A stretch of 64,000 nucleotides of DNA. Source: an uncultured Bacteroidales bacterium (GTDB lineage Bacteria; Bacteroidota; Bacteroidia; Bacteroidales; CAZJKL01). Numbering within the stretch: position 1 is the first letter of the stretch; every line of letters starts with the position of its first letter. Under the pieces are notes generated by a model. That model saw nothing but the letters and a program-made list of their open reading frames with translations. It made no database searches and was not told where the DNA came from. The stretch is from assembly GCA_964546655.1 (NCBI GenBank), contig CAZJKL010000005.1:8220-72219 (forward strand), written 5' to 3'. This document shows positions 17,992 to 26,515 of this stretch, in pieces. The translations under genes and the position numbers were made by a program.

Positions 17992-17993
17992 TT

Positions 17994-19097
17994 ATGCAAA
18001 TTAATTTGAAAAACATTTTTATTTTAATTGGAATAGCCTTAGGTCTATTTGTTTTATGGTATATTAAAATTATAATCATATACATAATTATTTCGATGGT
18101 TATTGCTCTTATAACCAAACCAATAACAAATGTTTTAGAAAAGATTAAATTTAAAAAAATCGAATTGTCAGAAGGCATGATTTCATTTCTGGCAATTTTA
18201 ATTGTTTGGTCTGTAATTTTTGTTGTTTTAAGTTTTTATATTCCGGTATTAACTAACGAAATACTGTATTTATCAAAATTAGATACTTCTAAAATCATTG
18301 AAAATTTAAATGGACCTATCAGTAAAATCGAAAGTCTTTTAATTGATTATAAAATTGATTTAAGAAGTAATAATTCGATTAAACAAATGGTTACCGAAAA
18401 ATTGATGTATTATTTTGATATAAGTTATTTTACAAGTACTATTAATTTTGTTGTTTCCATTTTAGGAAATATTTTTATTGCATTATTTTCTATCACATTT
18501 ATCACATTTTTCTTAATTAAAGATCGAGGAATTGTAACAACAACTTTATTATTAATATTTCCTAATAATCAAAAACCTCATTTAATAAACATAGTAAAAT
18601 CAGTAAAATCATTATTGTACCGATACTTTTCAGGAATAATGTTAGAAATTTTCCTGGTTTTTATATTGTCGGCAATAGGTTTAGCTTTGGTTGGAGTAGA
18701 TTTTGGCAGAGCAGTATTTATTTCGTCACTAGTATCAATATTAAACATTATACCATATATAGGCCCATTAATTGGAATGCTTTTAGGTGTTTTTTTAGGA
18801 ATTATACCAGAGTTAAGCAATAATTCATTTTATAATATTATACCGCTTGCTAGTTTGATTCTTATAGTATTCATGATAATTCATCTAATTGACAATATAA
18901 TATTTCAACCATTAATCTATTCAAACAGCGTTAAAGCACATCCTTTAGAAATATTTTTAGTAATAATGATATCAGGTACATTTATAGGAATTATCGGAAT
19001 GATTATAGCAGTGCCCATATATACTGTTTTAAGGGTAATAGCAAAAGAATATCTTAATCATAAAAAAATATTTCAAAAACTTACCGAAGATTTATAA
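17994..19097 (+). CDS. AI-2E family transporter (PerM-like permease)
   Basis: 367 aa with about 8 TM segments. The topology and a conserved IPYIGP-type block match the family. Starts 2 nt after glyQS. Confidence 0.8.
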   Translation: MQINLKNIFILIGIALGLFVLWYIKIIIIYIIISMVIALITKPITNVLEKIKFKKIELSEGMISFLAILIVWSVIFVVLSFYIPVLTNEILYLSKLDTSKIIENLNGPISKIESLLIDYKIDLRSNNSIKQMVTEKLMYYFDISYFTSTINFVVSILGNIFIALFSITFITFFLIKDRGIVTTTLLLIFPNNQKPHLINIVKSVKSLLYRYFSGIMLEIFLVFILSAIGLALVGVDFGRAVFISSLVSILNIIPYIGPLIGMLLGVFLGIIPELSNNSFYNIIPLASLILIVFMIIHLIDNIIFQPLIYSNSVKAHPLEIFLVIMISGTFIGIIGMIIAVPIYTVLRVIAKEYLNHKKIFQKLTEDL

Positions 19098-19142
19098 TAT
19101 AAGTTAAATTTATACTTTCATTAATTCTTAAACTTTATTGAT

Positions 19143-20123
19143 ATGGGTAAAATAAAAAAATTAGCTGTTTTAACTTCTGGTGGAGACTCTCCTGGTATGA
19201 ATGCTGCAATTAGAGCTGTTGTTCGTGCTTCTATTTCTCATAATATCAAGCCATTTGGTGTTTACCAAGGCTATAAAGGTTTAATTGAGGACAATATAAA
19301 AGAATTAAAAACTACAGATGTTTCTAATATAATTCAAAGAGGTGGCACTATTTTAAAGTCGGCAAGATGTATGGAATTTCATAAGAAAAACTACAGAAAA
19401 AAAGCTTATGAAAATTTAAAGAAAAGAGGAATTGATGCTTTAATTGTTATTGGTGGTGATGGAACTTTTGCTGGAGCAAGGTTATTTTCAGATGAATTTG
19501 ATATTCCTACGGTTGGTATTCCTGGAACAATTGATAATGATTTATTTGGAACAGATATGACAATAGGCTTTGATACTGCTTTAAACACAGTTATGGAAGC
19601 TGTTGATAAAATTAGAGATACAGCAAGTTCACATGACAGATTATTTTTTGTTGAAGTTATGGGTCGTGATGCTGGTTTTATTGCTTTAAGAAGTGCTATT
19701 GCTTGTGGAGCCGAAGCTGTTTTAGTTCCTGAAGTTCCTACCCTACTCGAAGATTTAAGAAAAAATTTAGAAGGAAATTATAAAAGGAAAAAAACCAGTA
19801 ATATTATTATTGTAGCTGAAGGTGAAAGAGAAGGCGGAGCTGTTGCTTTAGCAGAAAAAATGCAGAAAGAGTTTCCTGATTATAGCATGAGAGTTGCAAT
19901 TTTAGGGCATATTCAAAGAGGTGGTTCTCCTAGTATATATGACAGATACCTTGCAAGCCGCTTAGGTGTAGGTGCTGTAGAAGCTTTAATTGAAGGTCAA
20001 AAAAGTGTTATGATTGGATATGTAGATAAACAAGTTGTTCATGTAACTTTCTCAAAAACAATTAAACATCATAAAGATATTAATCGTAAACTTCTTGAGA
20101 TTGTTAATATTTTAAATACTTAA
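19143..20123 (+). CDS. pfkA: ATP-dependent 6-phosphofructokinase
   Basis: 326 aa with TSGGDSPGMNAAIR, GGDGT, PGTIDND and MGR motifs. Confidence 0.96.
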   Translation: MGKIKKLAVLTSGGDSPGMNAAIRAVVRASISHNIKPFGVYQGYKGLIEDNIKELKTTDVSNIIQRGGTILKSARCMEFHKKNYRKKAYENLKKRGIDALIVIGGDGTFAGARLFSDEFDIPTVGIPGTIDNDLFGTDMTIGFDTALNTVMEAVDKIRDTASSHDRLFFVEVMGRDAGFIALRSAIACGAEAVLVPEVPTLLEDLRKNLEGNYKRKKTSNIIIVAEGEREGGAVALAEKMQKEFPDYSMRVAILGHIQRGGSPSIYDRYLASRLGVGAVEALIEGQKSVMIGYVDKQVVHVTFSKTIKHHKDINRKLLEIVNILNT

Positions 20124-20136
20124 TAGCTTAGAAAAA

Positions 20137-20163
20137 ATTACGAATTTTTAATTACGAATTACG
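20137..20163. repeat. short ATTACGAA-unit repeat tract
   Basis: attacgaatttttaattacgaattacg is the reverse-complement relative of the tract at 2321-2350. Both tracts lie at or just after plus-strand stop codons. Confidence 0.5.
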
Positions 20164-20167
20164 TTAA

Positions 20168-20196
20168 AAGGCTTCAACTAAAATGAAGCCTTTTTT
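20168..20196 (+). terminator. rho-independent terminator of pfkA
   Basis: aaggcttca (loop actaaaa) tgaagcctt followed by a T-run. Confidence 0.75.
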
Positions 20197-20388
20197 ATAT
20201 ATAGTTTATTCAATTTGCATCACTATATTTTTATTTATAACGAAGTTTTATTGTCTAACTTCCTTGTTTAGCTAATTAAAGTTATTTTTCTAAACTAAAA
20301 TTCAAAGATTGTCTTTCTCATTTACAAGATGTAAAAATCATTATTATGTGGATGTAAAAAGATATTTTATTGAATAGTCTCTAAACTT

Positions 20389-21312
20389 CTATTTTTTAAA
20401 CCATTCAATAATCTCACTCTCTTCAATATCATTGGGATGTACTATCTTTTCCACATAAGAATTATTTATTAGAAAGATTCTTGGAAGAGTATTTCCAGCT
20501 AAAAGCAATAATGGTTTTGCTTGCAGAATACTATGAGGAACATGTGCCGATTTTGTTAGATTATGAAATTTTTTTAAGTCATTTTTGTCTCCGTTAATAA
20601 AAAAATAAATAGATTTATCAGGATTTCTTTTTGCAATTAATTGAAGATTATATGCTGCCACAATACAATGTTGGCAACTAGAACTTAAAAATGTTACTAA
20701 ATGCTTCCCTTTCCTTAAATCAATTTTGGGCTTTTCCACATTTGGATTAGAATACAAAATAGAAAAATCCATTAGAAAAGGCTTATTTAAATTGTATTCA
20801 TACTTTGATTTAGAATATGAAATTGGGTTTGCAATAAAAGGGATTAAAATAGATATTAAAAAAATTAATACAATAAATATAATTTCTTTAGGATATTTTA
20901 TCGCTTTGTTCTGAAAATAAAGCAAACATATTATAATTAATAAAACTAAATTTTTAATAATAGATTCAATTGGATTCATTACCATAAATAATCCAAAACA
21001 ATTACAATTAACATCTTTTCCCTGAAAAATCAGAATATAAATAAGGTAAATTGTGAAAACAATCAAACTTAAAGCAGTTAATGTTGAAATAATTTTTGGT
21101 TTGATATTCAGAATTAAAGATAAACCAAAAAAAAACTCAGATGCAATTATTAAGCGAGCAATTATTGGAGAAAGAGACCAATTAATTAACCCTGTTTCAA
21201 CAGTAGCAATTTCTAAAATTTCAATTGGGAACAGTTTTACATAAGCAGAAATTAAGAAAAACACACCAATCAATATTGATATAAATCGTATTGTAAATAT
21301 CTTATATTTCAT
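20389..21312 (-). CDS. MauE/DoxX-like membrane domain fused to a thioredoxin-like (CxxC) domain
   Basis: The N-terminal half has about 5 TM segments and the C-terminal half carries the SSSCQHC redox motif (TlpA-like). I prefer the ATG at 21312 over the track's TTG at 21327, because a -7 box overlaps the latter. Confidence 0.6.
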   Translation of the reverse strand: MKYKIFTIRFISILIGVFFLISAYVKLFPIEILEIATVETGLINWSLSPIIARLIIASEFFFGLSLILNIKPKIISTLTALSLIVFTIYLIYILIFQGKDVNCNCFGLFMVMNPIESIIKNLVLLIIICLLYFQNKAIKYPKEIIFIVLIFLISILIPFIANPISYSKSKYEYNLNKPFLMDFSILYSNPNVEKPKIDLRKGKHLVTFLSSSCQHCIVAAYNLQLIAKRNPDKSIYFFINGDKNDLKKFHNLTKSAHVPHSILQAKPLLLLAGNTLPRIFLINNSYVEKIVHPNDIEESEIIEWFKK

Positions 21313-21324
21313 ATTTTTTTTTCG

Positions 21325-21332
21325 CAAATATA
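21325..21332 (-). promoter_or_regulatory. candidate -7 box (TATATTTG on minus strand)
   Basis: The plus strand reads CAAATATA, 13 nt upstream of the ATG at 21312. Confidence 0.35.
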
Positions 21333-21411
21333 TAAAGAACTATTTTAAAAATTCACATAAACTAAAAACAATATTTTTTTGTAAAATTTTTATTTTTAAT
21401 ATATATATGTA

Positions 21412-21419
21412 TATATTTG
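21412..21419 (+). promoter_or_regulatory. candidate -7 box TATATTTG
   Basis: Lies 34 nt upstream of the ATG at 21453. Confidence 0.4.
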
Positions 21420-21452
21420 TATCGTAATTAATAACCATAAAAAATATATATT

Positions 21453-21674
21453 ATGAAAAAATCAATTGCTATTTTATCTTTAGTTGCGTTTTCAACTATT
21501 TTCATGAGTTCTTGTAAAAAGGATTACACATGCGAATGTGTTTTTACTAATGGAACACCAACAATATCATTACCTATCGAAAAAGCTAAAAAAGGTGATG
21601 CTGAAGATACTTGCGACGCAGCAAAATCAACATACACATTAGCAGATCCTGCTGTAAGTTGTAAATTGAAATAA
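21453..21674 (+). CDS. small Cys-rich lipoprotein (73 aa)
   Basis: Lipobox FMSSC followed by four further Cys (TCEC, TCD, SCK). It has its own -7 box and terminator. Confidence 0.55.
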   Translation: MKKSIAILSLVAFSTIFMSSCKKDYTCECVFTNGTPTISLPIEKAKKGDAEDTCDAAKSTYTLADPAVSCKLK

Positions 21675-21691
21675 ATTAAAAAATTTGCTAA

Positions 21692-21727
21692 AAAAAACCT
21701 TTTGTTAAAACAAAAGGTTTTTTTTTA
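21692..21727 (+). terminator. rho-independent terminator
   Basis: aaccttttg (loop ttaaaa) caaaaggtt followed by a T9 run. Confidence 0.75.
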
Positions 21728-21953
21728 CCCCACACCTTAAATTATCAATTTAATATAAACTAAAAAACTTTTCGTATTATAAGTTGAGTTTAATTTATAT
21801 AATAACCTAAAATCCAAAACAAAATATCTGTAAATTAGGACTTTGCTTTAATCGTTTTTAAGTTTAAAATTTATTAGCTGATTTAGCTTGTTTTTAGCCT
21901 TTTCATTTTCAAGGGATATTTAAAGAAATTTTGGGCGAAAGTCCAAATGCAAT

Positions 21954-21991
21954 ACAAAAAAAGGCTTCATTTTATTTGAAGCCTTTTTTTG
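21954..21991. terminator. orphan bidirectional terminator-like hairpin
   Basis: An A-run, then aaggcttca (loop ttttatt) tgaagcctt, then a T7 run. The stem is identical to the pfkA terminator. No annotated gene ends here. Confidence 0.5.
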
Positions 21992-22075
21992 TTAATATAT
22001 AGTATAATTTGTATAGAGAAAGAATCGTAAATTATTTCTTCAATTTAACTTTTGTGTAAAATAGTATTAAACACA

Positions 22076-22112
22076 TAAAAAAATAGGGTTTCACTTTTTG
22101 TAAAACCCTATT
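22076..22112 (-). terminator. rho-independent terminator of the aminotransferase gene
   Basis: Stem aatagggttt/aaaccctatt with a T-run on the minus strand (plus-strand A-run at 22078-22083). Confidence 0.65.
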
Positions 22113-22136
22113 CATATATTAATTAAAATGCTTTAG

Positions 22137-23336
22137 TTAAATTGTTCTTCCAGGATAAACTTTAACGGCTACTTGTAAACATTTCATAGCTTTTTCAAGT
22201 TCTTCTACTTTTAAAACATAACCTATTCTTATTTCGTTTTTACCTAAACCTTTAGTTGCATAAAATCCTGACAAAGGAGCTAACATAACCGTTTCGTTGT
22301 TATATTCGAAATCTTCTAATAACCATTTGCAAAATTTATCACAATCATCAATTGGAAGACGAGCAGGTGCATAAAAAGCTCCTTTAGGTATTGGACATAA
22401 AGCTCCTTCAATTTTTCTTAAACCTTCAACAACCACATTTCTTCTTTTTAAATATTCTTCTATAACATTGTCAAAATAAGATTGTGGTGTATCAATAGCA
22501 GCTTCACCTATAATTTGTCCGTAAGAAGGCGGACTTAATCTTGCCTGAGCAAATTTTAAAACAGCAGTTAAAATTTCTTTATTTTTTGTAATTAAAGCCC
22601 CTATTCTTGCTCCACATGCACTATATCTTTTTGAAATTGAATCCATTACAACAACTTTATCTTCAATTCCTTGTAACGATAAAGCAGAAATAAATTTTGC
22701 TCCATCATAAGCAAATTCTTTATAAACTTCATCTGCAAATAAATACAAATCTTTTTCTAAAACTATTTTACGTAAAGCTTCCATTTCTTCTTTCGAATAC
22801 AAATAACCTGTAGGATTATTAGGATTACAAATTAAGATAGCTTTAGTTTTTGGAGTAATTAATTTTTCCATTTCTGAAATTGGAGGTAAAGCAAAACCGT
22901 CTTCAATTTTAGCTGTAACAGGAACAATATTTACTCCTGCATTAACTGCAAAACCGTTATAGTTTGCATAAAAAGGTTCTGGGATAATAACTTCATCACC
23001 AGGATTTAAGCATGTCATAAAAGCAAATATAATAGCTTCTGAGCCTCCGGTTGTAATTATAATATTTGTATAATCAATATTAAAATTGTATGCATTATAA
23101 TAATCAGCTAATTTTCTTCTATAGCTTTCATTTCCAGCAGAATGGCTATATTCAACAACTTTAATATCAGAACTTGCTAATTTTTTTCTAGCTACTTCTG
23201 GAGTTTCAATATCTGGTTGACCAATATTTAAATGATAAATTTTACGACCTTTTCTTTTTGCTTCTTCTGCATAAGGAACTAGTTTTCTTATTGGTGATTC
23301 GGGCATTTGCGAAGCCCTATTTGATAAATTTGGCAT
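22137..23336 (-). CDS. pyridoxal-phosphate-dependent aminotransferase (class I/II, aspartate/aromatic type)
   Basis: Carries MPESPIRKL near the N-terminus and the SISKRYSACGARIG PLP-lysine block. The start is moved to MPNLSNR (23336), because a -7 box covers the upstream ATG at 23376-23378. Confidence 0.9.
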   Translation of the reverse strand: MPNLSNRASQMPESPIRKLVPYAEEAKRKGRKIYHLNIGQPDIETPEVARKKLASSDIKVVEYSHSAGNESYRRKLADYYNAYNFNIDYTNIIITTGGSEAIIFAFMTCLNPGDEVIIPEPFYANYNGFAVNAGVNIVPVTAKIEDGFALPPISEMEKLITPKTKAILICNPNNPTGYLYSKEEMEALRKIVLEKDLYLFADEVYKEFAYDGAKFISALSLQGIEDKVVVMDSISKRYSACGARIGALITKNKEILTAVLKFAQARLSPPSYGQIIGEAAIDTPQSYFDNVIEEYLKRRNVVVEGLRKIEGALCPIPKGAFYAPARLPIDDCDKFCKWLLEDFEYNNETVMLAPLSGFYATKGLGKNEIRIGYVLKVEELEKAMKCLQVAVKVYPGRTI

Positions 23337-23375
23337 ATCTATATTTTTTAAATTAATATTATTAAATTTTGAGTG

Positions 23376-23383
23376 CAAAATTA
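23376..23383 (-). promoter_or_regulatory. candidate -7 box (TAATTTTG on minus strand)
   Basis: The plus strand reads CAAAATTA, 40 nt upstream of the ATG at 23336. Confidence 0.4.
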
Positions 23384-23472
23384 ATAAATTAAATTATTAA
23401 TTAGGTTTTATTTAAGAAATTTTGAAATTAAACTATTGTGTGAAAAATTGGATGAAAATTTTAAAAAAAATA

Positions 23473-24606
23473 TTATTTTATCCAATTCTCAAAATTATTA
23501 GAAGTTATTACTTCGAAACTTGCTTCAGGATAAGTTTTTAACCATTGAGAAGGGGCTTTAAATTTAGAGTCTTTCCACTTAAATTCATAACCATATAATG
23601 AGCCATCTCGCTCTTCAACCCAATCTATTTCTTGTTTATCATATGTTCGCCAAAAGTAATTATTTGAAGAAAATCGTTTGTATTCAATGTATTTGATTCT
23701 TTCGCTTATCATATAATTTTCCCATAATTGACCAATATCATTTCTTGAAGAAATATCATTGAAATTTGCAATTATAGCATTTCTAATTCCATTATCAAAA
23801 AAATACCATCTAGCATTTTTTGTAATTTCTTTTCTATGATTTCTACTAAAACCTTCTACTTTGTGAAGAATGTAAACTTTACTTAATAAATCAAGATATT
23901 TCTCAACAGTATTTTTACTTATCGAAAGTTGGCTACCCAATTCTTGTAATGAAACCTCGCCTCCTATTTGAAATGCTATTAAACGTAGCAGATTAAATAT
24001 TTTTTGAGAGTTTTTTATATTATCATATACAAGAATATCTTTAAGTAAATATGAACTTACAATCTCATTAAGATAATCTATCTTGTCTTTACGGTCAGGT
24101 AAATGTATTAGCTCTGGATAATTACCATAAATAAGTCTTTCTTTTACTTTATCTAGTTTTGAAATTGAATTTTCAATTTGATTATATTCTCTTTCTGAAA
24201 ATGGAAATAAATTAATTGAATATTTTCTACCTGTAAGTGGTTCTCCTGCATCTTTATGTATATCAAAAGACGAAGAACCAGAAATAATTATTTTTAATCC
24301 TTCTATCTCATCAACCATTAATTTTAGTTTAAGTCCAATTTCTGGTATTTTTTGAGCTTCATCAATATATAACAATTTATTTGTTCCAATTATTTGTTTA
24401 TAATTTTCAACTGTTTTAATTGATAATTTATCATGAACATTAATATCATCGCCATTAAGTGATAAATATGGTTCATTAATTTTATTTAATATTTCTTTAA
24501 CAAGAACGGTTTTCCCTACCCTTCTTGCTCCAAAAACTATTACAACTTTATTCGGTTGAAGTTTTTTTATAATATTTTCTGATACTTCTCTAATTAAAAA
24601 ATCCAT
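23473..24606 (-). CDS. COG1373-type AAA+ ATPase with DUF4143 (PD-(D/E)xK-like) C-terminal domain
   Basis: 377 aa with Walker A GARRVGKT, Walker B LLYIDEAQ, a wHTH-like SISKNTVEKYLDLL block and a C-terminal QEIDWVE...YEFKW motif. Paralog of 31825-32952. Confidence 0.85.
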   Translation of the reverse strand: MDFLIREVSENIIKKLQPNKVVIVFGARRVGKTVLVKEILNKINEPYLSLNGDDINVHDKLSIKTVENYKQIIGTNKLLYIDEAQKIPEIGLKLKLMVDEIEGLKIIISGSSSFDIHKDAGEPLTGRKYSINLFPFSEREYNQIENSISKLDKVKERLIYGNYPELIHLPDRKDKIDYLNEIVSSYLLKDILVYDNIKNSQKIFNLLRLIAFQIGGEVSLQELGSQLSISKNTVEKYLDLLSKVYILHKVEGFSRNHRKEITKNARWYFFDNGIRNAIIANFNDISSRNDIGQLWENYMISERIKYIEYKRFSSNNYFWRTYDKQEIDWVEERDGSLYGYEFKWKDSKFKAPSQWLKTYPEASFEVITSNNFENWIK

Positions 24607-24750
24607 AATTCAGTCTTAAGCTTGACGCAATTTATACAAATTCAGTCAAACTACAAAATATTTTTAGAATTTTTTATTATTAAAAGTATGTATTAACAGT
24701 AAATATGGCTTTTAAAAAGATATTCTCTTTGGTTAATTTTTTAGCTCATA

Positions 24751-24797
24751 TTTAAAATAAATACGGCTCAAATTTCAAACAAAATGAGCCGTATTTT
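24751..24797. terminator. hairpin terminator downstream of ddl
   Basis: Stem atacggctca/tgagccgtat, flanked by aaaataa and ttttaatttt. Confidence 0.5.
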
Positions 24798-24821
24798 AAT
24801 TTTAAATGAGCCACAAGTAGT

Positions 24822-25802
24822 TTAAATATTTTTAAGCATTAAATTAAATAGTTCTTTTAAAGAAATACCTTTTTCTTTTGCTTGTTGTGGTAAAATACTT
24901 GCTTCTGATAAGCCCGGAATTGTATTTATTTCGATAAAATATGGCACATCATTTTTAATGATATAATCTATTCTTGAAACGCCTTTACATCTAAATTTTT
25001 TGAAAACAAATACCGATAATTCCTGAATTTTTTTTGTTAGTTCTTGTGAAATTCGTGCTGGTGTAATTTCTTCTGATAATGCGCTGTTGTATTTTGCTTC
25101 ATAATCAAAAAACTCTTTTTTACTAACTACTTCGGTTATTGGTAATGCCATTATTTCATTGTCTTTTTGCAAAACGCCACAAGTTACTTCTGTCCCTTTT
25201 AAAAATTCTTCTATCTGAACTTCATCGTCTTCTTTAAATGCAATTTCTATAGCTTCTTTCAATAAACTTTTATCGTTTACCTTAGACATTCCTATGCTTG
25301 AACCGCCATTATTTGGCTTTACAAAACAAGGTAATCCAACTGTATTTAATATTTCATCTATATTATAACTTTCGTTTTTATATAATAACACCGATTTTGC
25401 TACATTTAAGCCATGATATTTTGCTAAAATTTGTGTTATGCTTTTATTAAATGTAATTGCTGATGTTAATAGTGATGATGCGGTATATGGTATTTTTAAT
25501 AAGTCGAAATAACCTTGTAACAAACCATTTTCGCCAGGATTTCCGTGAATAATCATAAATACTTTATCGAAAAGTATTTTTTCATTATTATAAGTTAATG
25601 AAAAATCATTCTTATCTATAGCATATTCTTTATTATCTATGTTTGCTTTCCAATTATTATCATTTATAATTATTAAATAAGAATTGTATAAATCTTTATC
25701 AATATTTTCACACACTATTTTTGCACTTCTTACTGATATAACTGACTCTTTAGAAAAACCTCCTGTTACTACTGCTACATTTTGTTTACTCATTGTTCTC
25801 AT
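24822..25802 (-). CDS. ddl: D-alanine--D-alanine ligase
   Basis: 326 aa with an ATP-grasp fold. Carries VAVVTGGFSKE, HGNPGENG, GGSSIGMS and EINTIPG blocks. The start could alternatively be M4 at 25793. Confidence 0.92.
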   Translation of the reverse strand: MRTMSKQNVAVVTGGFSKESVISVRSAKIVCENIDKDLYNSYLIIINDNNWKANIDNKEYAIDKNDFSLTYNNEKILFDKVFMIIHGNPGENGLLQGYFDLLKIPYTASSLLTSAITFNKSITQILAKYHGLNVAKSVLLYKNESYNIDEILNTVGLPCFVKPNNGGSSIGMSKVNDKSLLKEAIEIAFKEDDEVQIEEFLKGTEVTCGVLQKDNEIMALPITEVVSKKEFFDYEAKYNSALSEEITPARISQELTKKIQELSVFVFKKFRCKGVSRIDYIIKNDVPYFIEINTIPGLSEASILPQQAKEKGISLKELFNLMLKNI

Positions 25803-25807
25803 TTGTT

Positions 25808-26512
25808 TTATATATTTTTATTAATGGTTCCTTTTGTTTGTGTTGTTGCTACAAAATCTTTCAAATAATATGGTTCAAAATATGCAACATCTTCAAACTC
25901 TTTTCTTTTAAACTTTTCTAATGACAAATTAACCATATCATTTGCCGAAGGGAAAATATCTTTAATAAATATCGCATTCTCGTTTTCAATAATGTCTTTA
26001 AATTTATCACTTCCGTCTCCGAAAAAGTAAATTTTACTAGTTTTTAAATGATTTGAAAATGATTCATTTGTAAGTATTTCGGCATTTGTATTTGACACAT
26101 AATTTAGCTTATTATTAAACAATGCTGTGTAAACTTCCATTCTACGAGCATCTATCATTGGGCAAAGCAAACTATTTTCTTCAATTTTATTCGAATTTAT
26201 AATTCCGTTTGCCATAATTTTTAATGAATTAATAGCAATAAGCGGAATGTTTTGACTATAACATAAACCTTTAGCCGTTGAAACACCAATTCTTAAGCCT
26301 GTATATGAACCTGGCCCTTTTGATATAGCAATTGCATCAATATTTTTAAATTCAATCTTACTGCTATCAATAACTTCTTTAATAAAAACATTTATTTTAG
26401 AAGAATGTTCTTTAACAAATAAAGATTCGCGATTTTCAATAATATTACCATCTATTGCAAGTGAAACCGAGCTTTTACTCGTTGATGTATCTATATTTAA
26501 AATTACTGCCAT
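25808..26512 (-). CDS. tsaB: tRNA t6A biosynthesis protein TsaB
   Basis: 234 aa with ILNIDTST at the N-terminus and the GPGSYTGLRIG block. Confidence 0.85.
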   Translation of the reverse strand: MAVILNIDTSTSKSSVSLAIDGNIIENRESLFVKEHSSKINVFIKEVIDSSKIEFKNIDAIAISKGPGSYTGLRIGVSTAKGLCYSQNIPLIAINSLKIMANGIINSNKIEENSLLCPMIDARRMEVYTALFNNKLNYVSNTNAEILTNESFSNHLKTSKIYFFGDGSDKFKDIIENENAIFIKDIFPSANDMVNLSLEKFKRKEFEDVAYFEPYYLKDFVATTQTKGTINKNI

Positions 26513-26515
26513 TAT

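Noticed and set aside
23337-23378. The N-terminal extensions proposed by the ORF track: here and at 21313-21327, 35696-35728 and 37107-37133.
   Set aside because: The extensions start at TTG or precede conserved N-termini or signal peptides. In three cases they are overlapped by a -7 promoter box.
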